Below are positions 60,187 to 64,000 of a stretch of 64,000 nucleotides of DNA, piece after piece. Where the stretch lies: the NCBI RefSeq assembly GCF_963921235.1, contig NC_086098.1:372001-436000 (forward strand), given 5' to 3'. The DNA is from Mobula hypostoma. Its lineage: Eukaryota. A program made the translations under genes and the position numbers. Positions within the stretch are counted from its first letter, which is position 1. The number at the start of each line of letters is the position of its first letter. The notes beneath the pieces were generated by a model, which saw nothing but the letters and a program-made list of their open reading frames with translations, searched no databases and was not told the origin of the DNA.

Positions 60187-61062
60187 ACCTCCATATACCT
60201 GTCTAGTAGTCTCTTAAACTTCACTAGTGTATCTGCCTCCACCACTGACTCAGGCAGTGCATTCCATGCACCAACCACTCTCTGAGTAAAAAACCTTCCT
60301 CTAATATCCCCCTTGAACTTCCCACCCCTTACCTTAAAGCCATGTCCTCTTGTATTGAACAGTGGTGCTCTGGGGATGAGGCGCTGGATATCCACTCTAT
60401 CTATTCCTCTTGAAATCTTGTACACCTCTATCATGTCTCCTCTCATCCTCCTTCTCTCCAAAGAGTAAAGCTCTAGCTCCCTTAATCTCTGATCATAATC
60501 CATACTCTCTAAACCAGGCAGCATCCTGGTAAATCTCCTCTGTACCCTTTCCAATGCTTCAACATCCTTCTTATAGTGAGGCAACCAGAACTGGACACAG
60601 TACTCCAAGTGTGGCCTAACCAGAGTTTTATAGAGCTGCATCATTACATCGCGACTCTTAAACTCTATCCCTCGACTTATGAAAGCTAACACCCCATAAG
60701 CTTTCTTAACTACCCTATCTACCTGTGAGGCAACTTTTAGGGATCTGTGGACATGTACCCTGAGATCCCTCTGCTCCTCCACACTACCAAGTATCCTGCC
60801 ATTTACTTTGTACTCTGCCTTGGAGTTTGTCCTTCCAAAGTGTACCACCTCACACTTCTCTGGGTTGAACTCCATCTGCCACTTCTCAGCCCACTTCTGC
60901 ATCCTATCAATGTCTGTCTGCAATCTTCGATGATCCTCTACACTATCTACAACACCACCAACCTTTGTGTCATCTGCAAACTTGCCAATCCACCCTTCTA
61001 CCTCCACATCCAGGTCGTTAATAAAAATCAAAAAGTAGAGGTCCTGGAACAGATCCTTATTA
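60187..61062 (-). mobile_element. CR1 RT C-terminal fragment with an open frame
   Basis: CR1 portion of ORF 60048-61112; same family as 43960-50670. Confidence 0.9.
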
Positions 61063-61765
61063 CTTTGAGTGCCAGGCTTTAGATGTTTCAGAAAGGACAG
61101 GGAGGGAGGCAAAAGAGGTGGGGCATGGCACTGCTGATCAGAGATAGTGTCACGGCTGCAGGAAAAGAGGAAGTCAAGGAGGGATTGTCTACTGAGTCTC
61201 TGTGGGTGGAAGTTAGAAACAGGAAGGGGTCAATAACTCTACAAAGTGTTTTTTATAGACCATCCAATAGTAAAAGGGACACCGAGGAGCAGATAGGGAA
61301 ACAGATTCTGGAATGGTGTAATAATAACAGGGTTGTTGGAGCGGGAGATTTTAATTTCCCAAATATTGAGTTGCATCTCCCTTGATGAAGGGTTTAGATG
61401 GGGTGCAGTTTGTTAGGTGAGTTCAGGAAGGTTTTCTGACACAATATGTAGATAAGCCTACAAGAAGAGAGGCTGTACTTGATTTGGTATTGGGAAATGA
61501 ACCTGGTCAGCTGTCAGAACTCTCAGCGGGAGAGCATTTTGGAGGTAGTGATCACAATTCTATCTCCTTTACCATAGCACTGGAGACGGGTAAGAACAGA
61601 TAAGTTCAGAAAGTGTTTTTGGAGTAAGGGGAAATATGAAGATGTTCTCAGGGAAATGTACAGCAGAAATGTGGCAAGTGTTCAGGGAATATTTGTGTGG
61701 AATTCTGCATATGAGACAGGGTACAGGAACAGTGGTGTACAAAGGCTGTTGAAAATCTAGTCATA
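61063..61765 (+). mobile_element. CR1 endonuclease fragment
   Basis: ESLWVEVRN, FYRPSNS, GDFNFPNI. Confidence 0.85.
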
Positions 61766-64000
61766 CAAAAATAGAAAATAGGTTCAGGAGTAGGCCATTC
61801 GGCCCTTTGAGCCTGCACTGCCATTCAGTATGATCATGGCTGATCATCCAACTCAGAACCCTGTACCTGTCTTCTCTCCATACCCCCTGATTCCTTTAGC
61901 CACAAGGGCCATATCTAACTTCCCTCTTAAATATAGCCAATGAACTGGCCTCAACTGTTTCTTGTGGCAGAGAATTCCACAGATTCACCACTCTCTGTGT
62001 GAAGAAGTTTTCCCTCATCTCGGTCCTAAAAGGCTTCCCCTTTATCCTCAAACTGTGACCCCTCGTTCTGGACTTCCGAAACATCAGGAACAATCTTCCT
62101 GCATCTAGCCTGTCCAATCCCTTTAGAATTTTATATGTTTCAATAAGATCCCCCCTCTATCTTCTAAATGCCAGCAAGTATAAGCCTAGTCGATCCAGTC
62201 TTTCATCCTATGAAAGTCCTGCCATCCCTGGAATCAATCCGGTGAACCTTCTTTGTACTCCCTCTATGGCAAGAATATCTTTCCTCAGATTAGGGGACCA
62301 AAACTGCACACAATACTCCAGGTGTGGTCTCACCAAGGCCTTGTACAACTGCAGTAGAACCTCCCTGCTCCTGTACTCGAATCCTCTTGCTATAATGCCA
62401 GCATACCATTCGCCTTTTTCACCACCTGCTGTACCTGCATGCCCACTTTCAATGACTAGTGTATAATGACACCCAGGTCTCATTGCACCTCCCCTTTTCC
62501 TAATCGGCTACCATTCAAATAATAATCTGTTTTCGTGTTCTTGCCACCAAAGTGGATAACCTCACATTTATCCACATTAAATTGCATCTGCCATGAATTT
62601 GCCCACTCACCCAACCTATCCCAGTCACCCTGCATCCTCTTAGCATCCTCCCTAAAGCTAACACTGCCGCCAGCTTCGTGTCATCCGCAAACTTGGAGAT
62701 GCTGCATTTAATTCCCTTGTCTAAGTCATTAATATATATTGTAAACAACTGGGGTCCCAGCACTGAGCCTTGCGGTACCCCACTAGTCACTGCCTGCCAT
62801 TCTGAAAAGGTCCCATTTATTCTCACTCTTTGCTTCCTGTCTGCCAACCAATTCTCTATCCACATCAATACCATACCCCCAATACATTGGCCAGTTCATT
62901 GGCTATGTTTAAGAGGGAGTTAGATATGGCCCTTGTGGCTACAGGGGTCAGGGGGTATGGAGGGAAGGCTGGGGCGGGGTTCTGAGTTGGATGATCAGCC
63001 ATGATCATAATAAATGGCGGTGCAGGCTCAAAGGGCCGAATGGCCTACTCCTGCACCTATTTTCTATGTTTCTATACCGTGTGGTTTAAGTTTGCACACT
63101 AATCTCCTGTGTGGGACCTTGTCAAAAGCCTTTTGAAAAATCCAAATATACCACATCCACTGGTTCTCCCCTATCCACTCTACTAGGACCATCTGGCCCT
63201 GGGGAGTTATCTGCCTTTAATCTCTTCAATTTACCTAACACCACTTCCCTACTAACATATATTTCCCTCAGTTCCTCCATCTCACTAGACCCTCGGTCCC
63301 ATACTATTTCCGGAAGATTATTTATGTCCTCCTTAGTGAAGACAGAACCAAAGTAGTTATTCAATTGGTCTGCCATGTCCTTGTTCCCCATAACCAATTC
63401 ACCTGTTTCTGTCCGTAGGGGACCAACGTTTGTTGTAACCAATCTTTATCTTTTCACATATCTATAAAAGCTTTAACAGTCAGTTTTTATGTTCCCTGCC
63501 AGCTTTCTCTCATAATCTTTTTTCCTTCTCCTAATTAAGCCTTTTGTTCTCCTCTGCTGGACTCTGAATTTCTCCCAGACCTCAGGTGTGCCGCTTTTTC
63601 TGGCTAATTTGTATGTTTCTTCTTTGGAATTGATACTATCCCTGATTTCCCTTGTCAGCCACGGGTGCACTACCTTCCCTGGTTTATTCTTTTGCCAACC
63701 TGGGATGAACAATTGTTGCAGTTCATCCATGCGATCTTTAAATGCTTGCCATTGCATATCCACCGTCAACCCTTTAAGTATCATTTGCCAGTCTATCTTA
63801 GCTAATTCACGTCTCATACCTTCTTTAAGTTCAGAACCTTTGTTCCTGAATTAACTATGTCACATCTCATACCCTTCTTTAAGTTCAGAACCTTTGTTCC
63901 TGAATTAACTATGTCACTCTCCATCTTAATGAAGAATTCCACCATATTATGGTCACTCTTACCCAAGGGGACTCGCACGACAAGATTGTTAATTAACCCT
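61765..64000 (-). mobile_element. CR1 copy with an internal deletion, running off the window
   Basis: ORFs 61896-62117, 62208-62483, 62515-62874, 63122-63442, 63473-63817; a + strand tail of the same family is inserted at 62887-63073. Confidence 0.92.
63807..63917. repeat. 2 x about 53-bp tandem duplication
   Basis: tctcatacc(c)ttctttaagttcagaacctttgttcctgaattaactatgtcac occurs twice. Confidence 0.9.

Noticed and set aside
60048..61112. 354-aa ORF appearing to fuse an RT C-terminus to an integrase
   Set aside because: Chance in-frame junction of a CR1 fragment with a decayed Gypsy integrase; a stop occurs before the integrase core is complete.
224..63854. Numerous short Ser/Leu/Pro-rich ORFs as independent genes; CRISPR-like or prokaryotic systems
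   Set aside because: The ORFs are antisense or alternative-frame shadows of LINE ORF2; no repeat-spacer arrays or operon structure were seen.

Overview
Eukaryotic genomic DNA, almost entirely a nested stack of non-LTR retrotransposons. The repeat repertoire (CR1-clade LINEs with (CTATGTTT)n/(CTTATGGT)n tails, V-domain SINEs, a Deu-like domain) suggests a cartilaginous fish; this is an inference. Most ORFs in the track are fragments or antisense shadows of CR1 ORF2. Main contents: (1) about 25 CR1-type LINE copies or fragments, nested up to four levels deep. (2) A 5.9-kb full-length L1-clade element (34796-40708) with ORF1, ORF2, a 16-bp TSD and one nonsense codon near the ORF2 end, plus a second, truncated L1 that hit the homologous ERVQRRF site of another CR1 copy. 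(3) Five fold-back Penelope-like (GIY-YIG) insertions of 237-1741 bp, each with a roughly 14-15 bp TSD, an unpaired tail and mirror-image minimal hammerhead ribozyme motifs; the two smallest are coding-free hairpins. (4) An RTE element with a 5' inversion. (5) Rex/Babar-like LINE fragments, several SINE types and a Gypsy integrase remnant. One weak candidate host exon lies at 2499-2608 (-). No prokaryotic features, CRISPR arrays, rRNA or bona fide tRNA genes were seen.
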